A stretch of DNA of 64,000 nt from Prasinococcaceae sp. CCMP 1430 (Eukaryota > Plantae > Prasinodermophyta). The stretch covers positions 19,562-83,561 of the forward strand of contig RQSC01000024.1 of assembly GCA_013416795.1 (NCBI GenBank). The letters run 5' to 3'. The position numbers and the translations under genes were made by a program. Shown piece by piece: positions 1 to 11,555 of this stretch (position 1 is its first letter; each line of letters starts with the position of its first letter). A model generated the notes under the pieces. That model searched no databases and had not been told where the DNA came from. It was given only the letters and a program-made list of their open reading frames with translations.

Positions 1-146
1 GCCGGCGGCGCCGCGCCTTGCGCGCACGCGCGCTCGCTCGCTCGCTCGCTCGCTCGCTCGTTGCGCTGACGGCGCGGTGCCCTCCCGGCCGTGGCGCATC
101 GCTCGCTTCCCCTCCCTCCCGGCCTTTGCCTTGGTTCTCACCGCAG

Positions 147-423
147 TGGGGCAAGGCCGTCCACGAATGGTCGGCGTCGCCGGCCGAGGCGCTCGCGCGG
201 CTCATCCACCTCAACAACAGGTACGCGCTCGACGGGCACGCCCCGCCGTCGTACGGCGGCATCCTGTGGTGCTTCGGCGGCTTCGACTCGGCGGCCAAGG
301 GCGGCGAGACGCACGCGGTGACGGGCGCCATCAAGGCGAGGCCCATCGAGCGCCACGCGCGCCGCCTCGACCCGGCGGCGCTGCTGCGCGCGGCGCGCGA
401 GCGCAACGGGGTTGGCGGCGGCG
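147..423 (+). CDS. Class II CPD photolyase-like protein, C-terminal FAD-binding exon (partial)
   Basis: After acceptor CAG (144-146): WGKAVHEWSASPAEALARLIHLNNRYALDGHAPPSYGGILWCFGGFD, matching the class II pattern W-K---EW---PEEA-----LN-RY-LDG--P--Y-G--W. Cut by the N at 424. Confidence 0.75.
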
Positions 424-424
424 N

Positions 425-856
425 CCCTGCCATCGCGCCGACACTGCCCACGGAATGTGGCGTGGCAATGCGATCGCGGGCTGGAAATGCAGTTGACGTC
501 TCAAGATCGCCCGCGCTTTGCCTGAGAGCGTCGGAGATGAGCGACGCCGCTTCCCTCGATAGATTTCGGCAGCTGAGGGCAGAGCCCACGCTGCTAGACA
601 CCATGTATCTCGCCTGAGCCTGCACGCCAGCCACATCTAGACCCATGAGTGCATCCAGCCGTTCCGGCGCTACCACTGTGCCCTCGGCGAGCTTATCATG
701 GTGTCTTTCGAGCCAGGGGATGATGTCTTCCGTAAGGACGCCCTCCGAGTCATGGTAGCGATCCTCCGTCAGCGCCGTCGAGTCGAACAACGAGTTGCGC
801 GACTCGCTGACCTCTTCGGGTGGCCCAAAGCAGTCGGCCGTGGCGTTGCTCCGCCG
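425..856 (-). CDS. Unknown protein fragment (stop-free minus frame absent from the ORF track)
   Basis: Manual translation gives 144 stop-free codons (…LTEDRYHDSEGVLTEDIIPWLERHHDKLAEG…) running into the N at 424. No family recognised. Confidence 0.4.
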
Positions 857-1617
857 CTGGCGCGCGCGCCCCCTTCCCCTCCCACCCCTCCCGCTCGCTC
901 GCTCGCGCGCGCACGCGCATCGGTGCCCGCGTTCGAATTTCGAAATCGGATCGCGCGGCGCCGAGGGTTTAGGTTAGGAACGATATGCACGAATTAGGGT
1001 AAGTTCGCACATTCGACAAATTGAATGATACTGTGAAGGGTTTCATGCGATGCGTTTACACACTGACTGTTTGTACAGACGGAGCTCTCCAAACAATCAA
1101 CCACAAGAAAGTATCGCCCGGGTCGCCAGGCGGATGCACGCCCGGCTAAAAATCGTTCCAAGGCCCTCTCTCTGTCTGTGTGTGTCTGTCTGTCTGTCTG
1201 TAAAACGCCCAGACAGACAGTAGTCTACTAGCTAGTAGTTTGGCGGGGATGTGAAAAGTCTCGATGAGTAGCCGGATTAAAACCGGGCGCCCGTGCCGAC
1301 CCGCGCGCGCTGGAACTCCTTCTTGAGCCGGGCGCGAATCCGCCTGGCGAGTGGCGTGCGATTTTTTCGGTGGCCTCTGTGTCTGTTTGTAGTACTTATG
1401 TATGTGTTTGCCTGCGGTTTCGCGCTGCGCGCGTTTCGGCCGCGCGCCGATTGGTTTCGAAATTCGATCGATTTTCGCGCGCGCGCGCACGCGAGTGCGC
1501 GTGTGCGTGGGTGGGTGAGGGGGGAAGGGGGGAGAGGGGGCTTGCCACAGCGCGCGCAGACGCGCGCCCCCGCCGCCTCCCTCTTCCCGCGCGGAAGGGC
1601 GCGGCGGAGGGGCTGCG

Positions 1618-1832
1618 CCTTTCTTCCACAACTCGACGCGTGAGCAGCTGCGCGAGACCTTCTCCGCGGTGAACGGCGTCCTCTTCCCGGGCGGCAGCTC
1701 GTCGGTGACCAGAGGCGCTCCTCTCAGGGAGGCGGCGGAGTTCGTGTACGACCTTGCAGTGGCGGAGAACGCGGCGGGCGGCGTCTTCCCCGTGCACGGC
1801 ACGTGCCTCGGCTTCGAAATGCTCTCGCTCAT
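1618..1832 (+). CDS. GGH: Gamma-glutamyl hydrolase (peptidase C26) fragment
   Basis: PFFHNSTREQLRETFSAVNGVLFPGG…GVFPVHGTCLGFEML contains the NGVLFPGG motif and catalytic GTCLGFE. Truncated by the N at 1833; 5' part not found. Confidence 0.75.
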
Positions 1833-1915
1833 NCGGCTCGTGCTCCTCCTGGGGCCCCTCGCCCTCGGCCTGCTCTTCCTCCTCCACCCGTCCGCGCCCG
1901 CCCCTCCGACGGCAG

Positions 1916-4900
1916 GCGGCGCTCGTGGAGAAGGAGGCGAACGCCTTCACCAAGGGCGTGCAGGACTCGCCCGTGAGCCCCTCCGGCCGCCGCATGCGCA
2001 CCGCCGGCCAGGCGGGAATGAAGGCCGTGCGCAACCTGCTGGAGAAGATCAGCGAGGACGCCGACACCGAGACCGACACCGAGGTGCGCACCGCGCGCGC
2101 CGCCCGGAGCCGCGCGGGTGAGCGCCGCGGCGGCGTCGCTGACCCCCCCCCCCCACCCACCCACCCACACACACGCCGCGCGCGCATCGCAGCCCGCCGA
2201 GGAGGAGGCCAAGCCCAAGCGCGGCAGGGCCGCCAAGGGCGCGGCCGCCAAGGGCGCGGCCAAGGCCGCCGGCAAGGGCCAGAAGGCCGCCAGGGGCAAG
2301 AAGTCGGCCCCGGCTCCCAAGACGGGCAGGAAGAAGAAGCGCGGGGCCGATGACGGCAGCGACGACGACTTCGTCATGAGCTCGGAGCCGTCCGAGGGCG
2401 ACGCCGACGGCTCGTCCGGCACGGAGAGCGAAGAAACCGACGGCGAGGACGACATGGATCTCGACGGCCAGCAGGTGTCAATTTGGGACGAAGGCCCCGC
2501 GCGCGAGAACGAGGCCGCGTGCGCCTCGCCGAGCGACATGGACGACTTCGTCGAGGAGGACAAGCCCAAGCGCAAGCCGCTCGCCTCCAGGGCGAGGGCG
2601 CCCGCCAAGCGCGCGAGGGCCCCCGCCAAGCGCTCCGCGACGGCGATTGCCGCGGGGGGCGGGGCGGCCAGCGCCAAGGGCGACGACCCGGAACTGCCCG
2701 CCATCCGCGACCCGCAGCTCATGTTCACCGACATGGTCAAGCGCATGGTGGGCATCGTCGGCGAGGCCAAGAAGGACAAGGCGTACGCGGCGCTCGGCGA
2801 CGACCTGACCGACATGATTGGCTTCGCCCAGGGGCTCGACCGCCCGCTCCGCGTCGCCACGATGTGCAGTGGCACCGAGAGCCCGCTGCTGGCGCTCGGC
2901 ATGATCTCGAAGAGCCTGAAGGAGCACCATGACGTCCCGCTCGACATCGACCACGTGTTCAGCTGCGAGATCGAGCCCTTCAAGCAGGGCTACATCGAGC
3001 GCAACTTCGCGCCCCCCATCCTGTTCCGCGACATCCGCGAGCTGGGCGACGAGCGCGCGCACACCGCCTGGGGCGCGCTCGTCGACGTGCCCGGCAACGT
3101 GGACATCCTCATCGCGGGCACGTCGTGCGTCGACTACTCCAACCTCAACAACGAAAAGAAGGAGCTCGACGCGCAGGGAGAGTCCGGGCAGACCTTCCGT
3201 GGCATGATGCGCTGGATCGATCGCTTCCAGCCGCCGCTCATCATCCTGGAGAACGTCTGCGGCGCGCCGTGGGAGCGCATTCGCCAGGACTTCCTCACCA
3301 AGCACAACTACCACGCCGCCTTCACGCGCTTCGACACCAAGAACTACTACATCCCGCACACGCGCATGCGCGTGTACCTCGTTGCGACGCCCGTGCGCCC
3401 CGACGTCGCCAAGAAGGTGCAGGCCAAGCTGCAGGAGCAGCTCAAGGCGGGCACGCTGCCGCACGGCGGCCACCTGGACCCCAACACGCTCTCGGTCGAG
3501 TTCACCAAGGCGGAGGGCGCGTCGCTCTCCAAGAAGAAGAAGGAGGACGCCGCCAGGAAGTGGTTCGAGGAGCTCGAGGCCATCGCGGCCGAGGACCCCG
3601 CGAGCAAGCTGCCCGGCGCGTGGAAGGACCTCGTCAAGCGCATGGGACGCTCGTCGAGCAGCGTGCTCGAGGCCTTCCTGCTGCCCAACGACGACCCGCG
3701 CGTGCACAGCGCGCGCGAAAAGCTCGCAAACAAGGGCGCGGCGCGCTCGCAGGGGAAGGGCACCGACTGGGCGCGCTGCGAGGCGCGCCACCAGCGCGCG
3801 CGCCTCGAGGAGGGCCTCGGCGCCAAGCGCCCGTTCACCAACTGGGAGGACGGCGCGCAGTGCGAGCTGTACGACTACGCCTGGACCGACTGGGCGCGCG
3901 CGCAGACGGATCGCGTGCTCGACCTCATGGACATCGACTTCCTGCGGCTGGCGTCCGAGAAGGAGGTCGACCCGTCCTTCAAGACGCTCGTGTGGAACCT
4001 GAGCCAGAACGTGGACCGCACCACCGGCAGCGTCAAGCCCGGCATCTGCCCGTGCCTCACCCCCTCGATGGTGCCGTTCGTCACCAACCGGGGCGGGCCG
4101 CTCGTGGGCGTCGAGGCGCTGTCGCTGCAGGGCATCCCCGTCGACGATCTGATTCTGACGCGCGAGACCGAAGACCAGATGGCCGACCTCGCTGGCAATG
4201 CGATGTCTTCCACGGTGGTCGGCGTGTGCTCGATGGTCGCGCTGGCCCTGGGCCAGGGCCTCGTGTACGCCGGGCCGGGCAAGGATGCAGCGTCACGCTC
4301 CGCCAAGGCCGGTCAGGGCGAGACCGCCAAGGCCGTGCCGACCGATGCGGTCGACGGCGATCTCGAGGCGCAGCCGCTCATCCTGTCTCCCTCGAGCGAC
4401 GCGACGGCGGCCGAGCTGCTCGCGAAGGCGCAGGAGACGCGCAGGTTCTGCGTGTCCGAGGGGCAGACCGCCATCGCGGAGACCATCTCCGTGTGCAAGG
4501 ACTGCGGCCACACAGTCAGCGGCACTGGCGGAAGGCCCAAGCACAACTTCGTCACCTACGAAGGCAAGCGCTCGGCCCCCGGGCCGTTTGCGTCGGCGCT
4601 CAAGGCGGCTCTGCCCATGCGCATAGCGCTCGACGGCTTCGACGCGAACGCGCTCAAAAAAGCCACCGATGCTGCGATCGAGGCGGGCGCTGGCAAGAAG
4701 CTCGCGGGCGACTGGGCTGACATGCTCAAGCCGCTTGAGGGCGAGGCCTTTTACTTCCGGTCGATCAACCGCGCGGCCAGCTGGACTGCGAGCTATGCCG
4801 GGCGCACGTCCGGCGCCACCCTCGACCTGCTGCTCGACGGTGACTTGGCCGAGTGGCGCCTGAGCGTGCCACCTCCCGTCGAGAAGGGTGCGCTGCGCGA

Positions 4901-7900
4901 CTTGCTCGTGCTGCCCGTTGCGCGCCTGCGCGTGCCCGCGGACACCGACGCCAAGGCTTCCTTGCTTGGCGGAACGTGGGAGCTGCGCCTTCCCGCGCGC
5001 AAGGACATCAACGTCTCCATGACTGGCGCAGGCGAGCCTGTGCCATCGTGGCAGGCGTCGATGGGCCTCGTCAAGAAGGTGTCCGACTCGCGCTTCCCCA
5101 AGTGGACCGTCCAGGTGGACGCCAAAGACAAGGCGCTTCTCGACGAGGACATCGCGGGTGAGTACACGCTGCTCCCGGACTGCGACGCCGCCATGGCGAG
5201 CCTGCACAAGCGCGGCAGCGGCAAAAAGGGCGCAGCCAAGTCGCCCCTCTTCTTCTTCCTCGATGCCGGCGTGGGCGGCGCGCGCTGCTCGTACAAGGAG
5301 GCAGACCACTTCGTGTTCTCTCGCAACCACCGCCGCCTGGCCTACGGCGAGGAGCGCGGATCCATCTGCCGGCTGTCGCAGACCTGGCGTCCGCATGCGG
5401 TTGAGGGTTCCGCTCAAGTGGGCTGCGAGATCCTCGGACAGTGGAGCAGCGTCGGCGGCCTGGTGAGCTTCTCGGCCACCGGCACGGGCACTGCCGTCGC
5501 CTCGCCGGCCGCAACGCCCTCGCGCCGCGGCCGCGCTGGAAAGAAGGGCAAGGCCTCATCGCACGAGGCTGTCATCGAGATGCCCAAGGCCGCGCCTGCT
5601 ATGTTGCTGCGTGGTGACACTTGGAAGAATGCGAGCACCATCGTCAAATGCTCCTTCCCGCGTCCCGAGGCCGATGCGAAGCTCTTCCCCAAAGGGGACT
5701 GGTACTCGCTGCCGCTGGACAAATCCACCGCCGAGTTCAAGCGCCTGGCGTGGATCACCGAGCGTATCGAGCTGCCTACGCCGCTGCGGTCGTGGAACGA
5801 AGCGCAGGGCGGTGTGCCCTCTGAGCGCAGCGAGGTCTGCGCGCCGAGCCCGCCCGCCATCCAGTGGGTGCTCGACCACAAGGGCAAAGTGGCTGCGCGC
5901 GAGGACCCTCAGGGCGCCGCGGACTTCGAGCGCCGCTCGAAATCGCGGCCGCCGCCCTTCCTGGTGCAGCTTCGCGGCTCGGGCGCGGACGGGAGCGAGG
6001 CACAGCTTCGCGTCGCCGTGAACACGCCCTCGCTCGGCCACCGCTCGCTGGCGCTGCTGCCGCACCCGGCGCCCGACGCGGACGTGTCGGACACGAAGGT
6101 GATGTGGCGCATCGTGGCAGAGAATGACGAGCCACCGGTGACAGCTGGCGCCAAGCCCGCCCCGTTCGTGCTGTCGAGCAACAAGAAGGACAAGGCCGCC
6201 AAGCAGCCTCCATCGTTCAAGAAGTACCCGCTGCGCCCCGAGCAGCTGCGCTCGCTCAACTGGATGCTCAAGCAGGAGAACAACCCCAAGCCGTTCGTGG
6301 AGGAGGAGGTGACCGAGGCTCGCCTGCCCGCGCTGCGCTGGCGCGCGGAGGGCCGCGCGGAGCGCGAGGTGACTGTGCGCGGCGGCGTGGTGGCGGACCA
6401 GGTCGGCTACGGCAAGACGGCGATCACGCTCGGCCTGATTGACTCACAGGTGGGCCAGTCGCGTCTGGTTTCCAAGGGCAAGGGCGGCGCTGTCAAAGTG
6501 CCCGGAGCGATCCGCGTGGGTGCCACGTTGGTGCTGGCGCCGCCGCATCTGCTGAAGCAGTGGCCCAACGAGGTGCGCAAGTTCACCGGCACCGCGCTCA
6601 ACATGGAGGTGGTCAACACCGTCGCCGACCTCAACCGGCTGACCATCAAGCGAATTCAGGAGGTCGACGTCATCGTGATGGCCTCGAGCGTGTTCCGGTC
6701 CGAGGCCTACTTCGAGCGCATGGCTGCGCTCGGCGGCGTGTCGAAGCAGCTGGCGGCCACCAAGACCAACGCGCGCCACTTCGAGGCAACGTACAAGGTG
6801 GCCGTCGAGAACATCGGGGACCGCGTGGACGAGCTCATGGGTGAGGGTGGATCGGCATCGGTGCACGCCTCGATTCTCCAGACGGCAAACGCCGCGCTTG
6901 AGCTCACTGACCTCAACCCCAAGCGTCTGAAGGGCGCGGCTCTGGTGAACGCCACGGAGCTCGCCATGTCAAAGGGCTTCCGCACCCACGGCGGCATGCT
7001 CGGCAAGGTCGCCGGCGAGGATACCAAGGTCAAGTCCGAGGACCGCGAGGAGGACGCGCCCGCCGCGAAGAAGCAGAAGGGTTCCAAGGGCAAGCCGCGC
7101 TGTACCGTGAAGGCGAAGATCGCCGAGGGCTCGGCTAAAACGAGCGTGAAGGACAGCAACGGGCCCAAGATCATCAGGTCGGATCCTTGGGGCCTCACGA
7201 GCCCGCGCACGCGCTCGGACTGGACCAACATGGCGTGCCCGCCTCTGGAGTTCTTCCACTGGGAGCGTGTGGTCGTCGATGAGTTCACCTACCTCAAGGG
7301 CAGGGACCTGGCGGCCATCCAGGCGCTGAAGGCGAGCCACAAGTGGATCCTCAGCGGCACTCCTCCGGTCGGCTCGTTCGGTGACATCAAGGGCATCGCG
7401 CAGTTCCTCGGCGTGCACCTCGGCGTGGACGAGGCGCCCAAGTTCACCAAGAAGGAGCAGACCAAGGCGGAGACCTTCGCGTTCTACCGCGAAAAGCACA
7501 CCGACGCGTGGCAGACGCGCCGTCGCGGGGTGGCGCAGACCTTCCTGGACACGTTCGTGCGCCAGAACGTCGCCGAGATCGACGAGATCCGGCGCGTGCA
7601 GGAGGACATCCACGTGAACCTCCTGCCGGCCGAGCGCGCGATTTATCTGGAGCTTGACCATCACCTGCAGGCCATGGACATGCAAACAACTCGCAAGTGG
7701 CGCAAGGGCGCCGAGTCGGGCGATCGCGTGGCGCGCCTGAAGGAGGTGCTGGGCTCGAGCGCCACGGCGGAGGAGGCGCTCATGAAGCGCTGCGCGCACT
7801 TCGACCTGAGCGCAAAGGCGAACTCCGCGCTGGAAACGTGCGAGGAGATCGTGGGCACGCGCGAGGGCCAGCTGCTGCAGTGCAAGGAGGAGCTCGTGGC

Positions 7901-9053
7901 GCACATCAAGGTGGGGTACACGCTGGACCGCATGTGCGAGCTGTGGACGGACCACGTCGACAAGGAGTACGCCACCGATTCCAAGCACGAGACAGTGCCC
8001 TTCCTTCGCTGGATCAGGACGATCAAGAACGAGAGCTCGGGCGACCCCGAGGCGACCAAGGAGCTGCGTCGGCTCGTTGCCAAGGCAACCGCGGAGTACG
8101 ACGAGATGAAGAAGAAGCGCCTGCCGATGTCGCTGCCGTCGGAGCCCTCGCGCCTGTTCGACGGCAAGTGGAACGACCCGTGGGCGGAGAACCCCAAGCT
8201 CAAGGTCGAGTCGGAGACCTACTCCGAGTGGGCCAAGCAGCGCAAGTTCTACGCGCGCGAGTGGACGCACGCCATCCGCCGCCTGGAGAAGGAGATCGTC
8301 GGGCGGGAGCGCTCGCTGCGCTACTTCCGTGCGGTGCGCGACCTCCAGAAGAACAAGTGGGTCCGCGTGGTGTGCCCTGTGACTGGCAAGAAGCTCGCAC
8401 CCAAGGACCACGGCGTGCTGTCGTGCTGCGGTCACCAAGGTGATCTGACGATCATGCGCCAGCGCGCCGCGCTGCAGCGCTGCGTTGTGGAGGATTGCGA
8501 GGCACCCGTGCGGGCGACGAACGTGGTCGAGCGCGTGGACCTTGGCACGGACGACCAGACGGGCGAGTCCGAGGCGGGCGGCACGTACGGTTCCAAGCTT
8601 AAGGAGCTCGTGCGCGCCATCAACGAGGTGCCGCAGAACGAGCGCGTGCTTGTGTTCGTTCAGTTCCCCGACCTGGCGGAGCTTGTGTGCAAGGCGCTCA
8701 ACGAGGCTGGCATCGACACGCTGGAGCTCAAGGGCGCCATCTACAAGAAGACCGCCGCGCTCGACATCTTCCAGCGCGAGGAGCCCCAGCCCGGCGACGC
8801 GCGCGTTCTCCTGCTCAACCAGAGCGATGAGAGCGCCTCCGGAGCGAACCTGACCACGGCGAACCACGCCATCTTCGTGCACCCGCTGCTGGCGGCCACG
8901 CAGCAGGAGTACAACCAGGGCCTCACGCAGGCCGTTGGCCGCGTGTGCCGTTACGGACAGAAGAAGCTCGTTCACATCCGGCACCTGCTTGTGGATGCGA
9001 CGATGGACACGGTTGTCTTCGAGGAGCGCGGCGGCATCAGCTGCTGCGTGTGA
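1916..9053 (+). CDS. DNMT5: DNA (cytosine-5) methyltransferase DNMT5 (C5-MTase + SNF2 ATPase + degenerate RING); exons 1916-2083 and 2193-9053, 5' end lost at N 1833
   Basis: MTase motifs LRVATMCSGTESP, FSCEIEPFK, IAGTSCVDYS (Cys at 3126), IILENV, AGNAMS. SNF2 motifs GGVVADQVGYGKT, VVVDEFT, WILSGTP, VLVFVQF, GANLTTANH, QAVGRVCRYGQ. In-frame phase-0 intron 2084-2192 (GTGCGC…GCTGAC…CAG). Confidence 0.93.
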
Positions 9054-9224
9054 GCGCGAGAGCTGGTGCGCGTGGCCCTCGCCCCTGCCTGCCCGTCCCC
9101 CCCGTCCCCCCCTCTCTCCACCTGGCCATCCCACGTGCGCCCGGCGTGCACCGTTCGGCGAGGCTCTAATCTGGAAACACTGCTCCGCAGCATGGCCTGT
9201 GTGACACGCTTTGTTGGACCCCCC

Positions 9225-9225
<1 letters not shown>

Positions 9226-9318
<93 letters not shown>
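9226..9318. repeat. Poly-C homopolymer (93 nt) abutting an N; probable sequencing/assembly artefact
   Basis: Uninterrupted C run ending directly at the N at 9319. Confidence 0.85.
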
Positions 9319-9390
9319 NACGCGTGCTGCGTGCGCGCGCGCGCGCGCGTGCGCGCGGCGCGTGCGCGCTGTCCCAACCCTGTGATGCAT

Positions 9391-10750
9391 TCATCGCAGG
9401 TCCATGCAAGAGAATTTGACCCTCTCGTCGAGCATGACGTGCACGGCATCGTCGTACAGCGGCCTCCCGCTGGGGAGTGGAGGATGCGTATGGAAGCCGC
9501 GATGCGGGCAGCGCTGGATGGCTTTGAGGCCGTCGGGCTCCTGCGAATGGGCGCGAGCGATTTGATCGCACGCGCGCGAGAGCGCGTGCCTCGCACGCGG
9601 GTCAGTGCCGGTCCGCTGCGCGGAGCGCGCGCGCGGACGTGCGCGCGTGCACGCGGGCCCAGTCAGAGCAACACGCGCGCGGGTCCCACGATTCGAACGC
9701 ACCGTGAGCTGAAAGACACCGCACTTTCGCTTGGGATCCGTGGGCGCCATGACGACGGCGATGGCCTCCGGCAGCATTGTCTGGTACGCGCAGTGCGTGT
9801 GCACGTCGATGGAACTCATGAAGCACGTCTGCGTTGGGTGCGTGTGTATCCAACCCAGTGAGAACAGCTCATGTTTGTCCTGCACCTCGAAGATCTCCTC
9901 CTCGTTGAGCGTGTTGCACGAGTTCTGCGTGCCCTCCTGCTTGGGCACCACCATGAGCGTAACGAAGAACGCGCCCTGCGACATCTTGCCGGCGAGAACG
10001 GCGCACGTCTCGATGCCGCGCCGCGTATTCCGCGCGGCCAGGCGCATGAACTCGCGCAGCACATGCGGCGAAAAGTGCACCGCGCGAGGGCCGTCGGACC
10101 TCGCCTCGACGCCGTCGCCGTTGGTCACGGCCCAACCTGGGGCCTTGGCAGCCTCCTGCAGCTGAGGCTGCGGCGCAGGGACCATGGCGCCCTGCCCCGG
10201 CGCGCAGCAGCCCACCTGCCCGGGCACCGCGGGTGTCGGCTGCAGCACCTCCACAGGCTGCGGCGGCAGCGCCATGAACTCGGGCGCCGGAGCGGCGGGC
10301 GGTGCGGCGAGCTCTTGCGCGCGCTGCGCCTGCGCGGGTGTGTAGGGCTGCTGGGGCGGAAGCACCTCGAGCGACTCCTGTGGCTGCTGCTGCGGCTGCG
10401 GCGGTCTTGGCTGGGAAGGAGCGGCGGGCGATGCCTTTCCGTTCGTCTCCTGCTGAGGCGGCGGGAACGCACGCCCCCAGTCGGGCGGGGGGAGCTGCTG
10501 CTGCTGCTTTGCCTGCGGACGCTGCGAGGGCGAGGGCTGCGCCGGCGGTGGCGATCGCCGGCGCGCCGGTCGGAACGACGTCTCCGACGGAAGCACGGTC
10601 GGCCTCGAGTCAATTTGTGCGAGCGGGTACGCCGCCGGCCGCGCTCGCACTCCCGCGCCGACGCCAACGACAGCAGCGCTGGCGGGCTGCGCGGCGGGCC
10701 TGCTCAGGCTGCTCCCGAGCACGCTGTGCGCCCCGGCCGTCGATCCCCAG
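9391..10750 (-). CDS. AMSH: AMSH/STAMBP-like JAMM (MPN+) deubiquitinase, 5'-truncated; intron 9541-9702
   Basis: NTRRGIETCAVLAG, VVPKQEGTQNSC, LGWIHTHPTQTCFMSSIDVHTH (JAMM HxH…S…D) and EAIAVVMAP. Splicing yields FQLT|EPDG…GFHTH. Preceded by a Pro/Gln-rich linker; no start codon found. Confidence 0.9.
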
Positions 10751-11509
10751 GCGCGCGCGCCGGCCAAAGCCGGCGGTGACCCGCCGGGACCGCGCTTGGA
10801 CGCGCGCATGCTCTTCCGCGGCCACACCGCCAGCATCGAGGACGTGTGCTTCTGCGCAGACGACTCGCGGCTGCTCGCGTCGGTGGGGGACGACGGCATG
10901 CTCGCGCTGTGGGACGAGCGCGCGGGGGGCGACAGCATGGCTGACAGCGCGCCCAAGGCGCACACAGAAGATGTGCACGCAGTAGACTGGTCGCCCCATG
11001 ACGCAAACCTGATCGTGACGGGCGGAGCGGACGGGGTGGCGAAGGTGTGGGACCGCCGCTCGCTGGGCAAGGGTTGCGTTGGCGCGTACGAGTACCACGA
11101 CCAGCCCATCCTCCGCGTGCAGTGGAACCCGGATGCGGCGGGCTTCTTCACCAGCGGCGGCCAGGATGGGCGCATACTGATCTGGGACACCTCCAAGGAC
11201 GGCGCGCGCCCCCCCGGCACGCAGGACGGCGCCGGGAGCAGCCCGCCCCCCGCGGTTCTCTTCCAGCACAACGGGCACCGCGCCGAGGTTGTGGACTTCC
11301 ATTGGAATCCATACAGCGCGTGGACGATGCTGAGCGTCTCGAACGACACCGAGCGAAACGGGGGCTCAACCATGCAGATGTGGCGCGTGAGCGATCTCCT
11401 GTACAGACCCGAGGAGGAGATGCGGGAGGAGATACAAGGCTTTCGGGAGCTCCTCGAGGCGGAGGACGCGGCAAAGGGCGACGACAAGGCGGCCAAGATG
11501 GATGCGTAG
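10751..11509 (+). CDS. MSI4: MSI4/FVE-type WD40 histone-binding protein (RBBP4/7 family), C-terminal half only
   Basis: WD repeats FRGHTASIEDVCF, AHTEDVHAVDWS, VLFQHNGHRAEVVDFHWNP and the MSI4-type tail MQMWRVSDLLYRPEEE. N-terminal half absent. Confidence 0.85.
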   Translation, partial: ARAPAKAGGDPPGPRLDARMLFRGHTASIEDVCFCADDSRLLASVGDDGMLALWDERAGGDSMADSAPKAHTEDVHAVDWSPHDANLIVTGGADGVAKVWDRRSLGKGCVGAYEYHDQPILRVQWNPDAAGFFTSGGQDGRILIWDTSKDGARPPGTQDGAGSSPPPAVLFQHNGHRAEVVDFHWNPYSAWTMLSVSNDTERNGGSTMQMWRVSDLLYRPEEEMREEIQGFRELLEAEDAAKGDDKAAKMDA

Positions 11510-11550
11510 ATTGACTGCTCGTCGCGCGAGCTCGACCTCGCCTGCGCAAC

Positions 11551-11555
11551 TGTAA
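11551..11555 (+). promoter_or_regulatory. UGUAA poly(A) signal (representative example)
   Basis: TGTAA lies downstream of stop codons on the coding strand at 11551, 18065, 22042, 41710, 54045 and 58131 (+), and at 12011, 34380, 38585 and 48870 (-). UGUAA is the established chlorophyte near-upstream element. Confidence 0.75.

Noticed and set aside
1239-1480. E2F-type sites (TTTGGCGG at 1239, TTTCGCGC at about 1473) as the DNMT5 promoter
   Set aside because: They lie on the other side of the N at 1833, and such 8-mers are common by chance at this GC content.
1618-2083. GGH-DNMT5 fusion suggested by ORFs running through position 1833
   Set aside because: The N at 1833 joins two unrelated pieces; the sequence after it is a pyrimidine-rich intron end.
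9226-9318. 93-nt poly-C/G tract as a G-quadruplex or poly-Gly/Pro coding region
   Set aside because: It ends exactly at an N join, as expected of a homopolymer read artefact; the poly-G/P ORFs spanning it are spurious.
6969-9596. Long antisense ORFs over DNMT5 (also over AP1G, LCYE-LHC and others)
   Set aside because: They are shadow frames produced by extreme GC3 bias, with no recognisable motifs.
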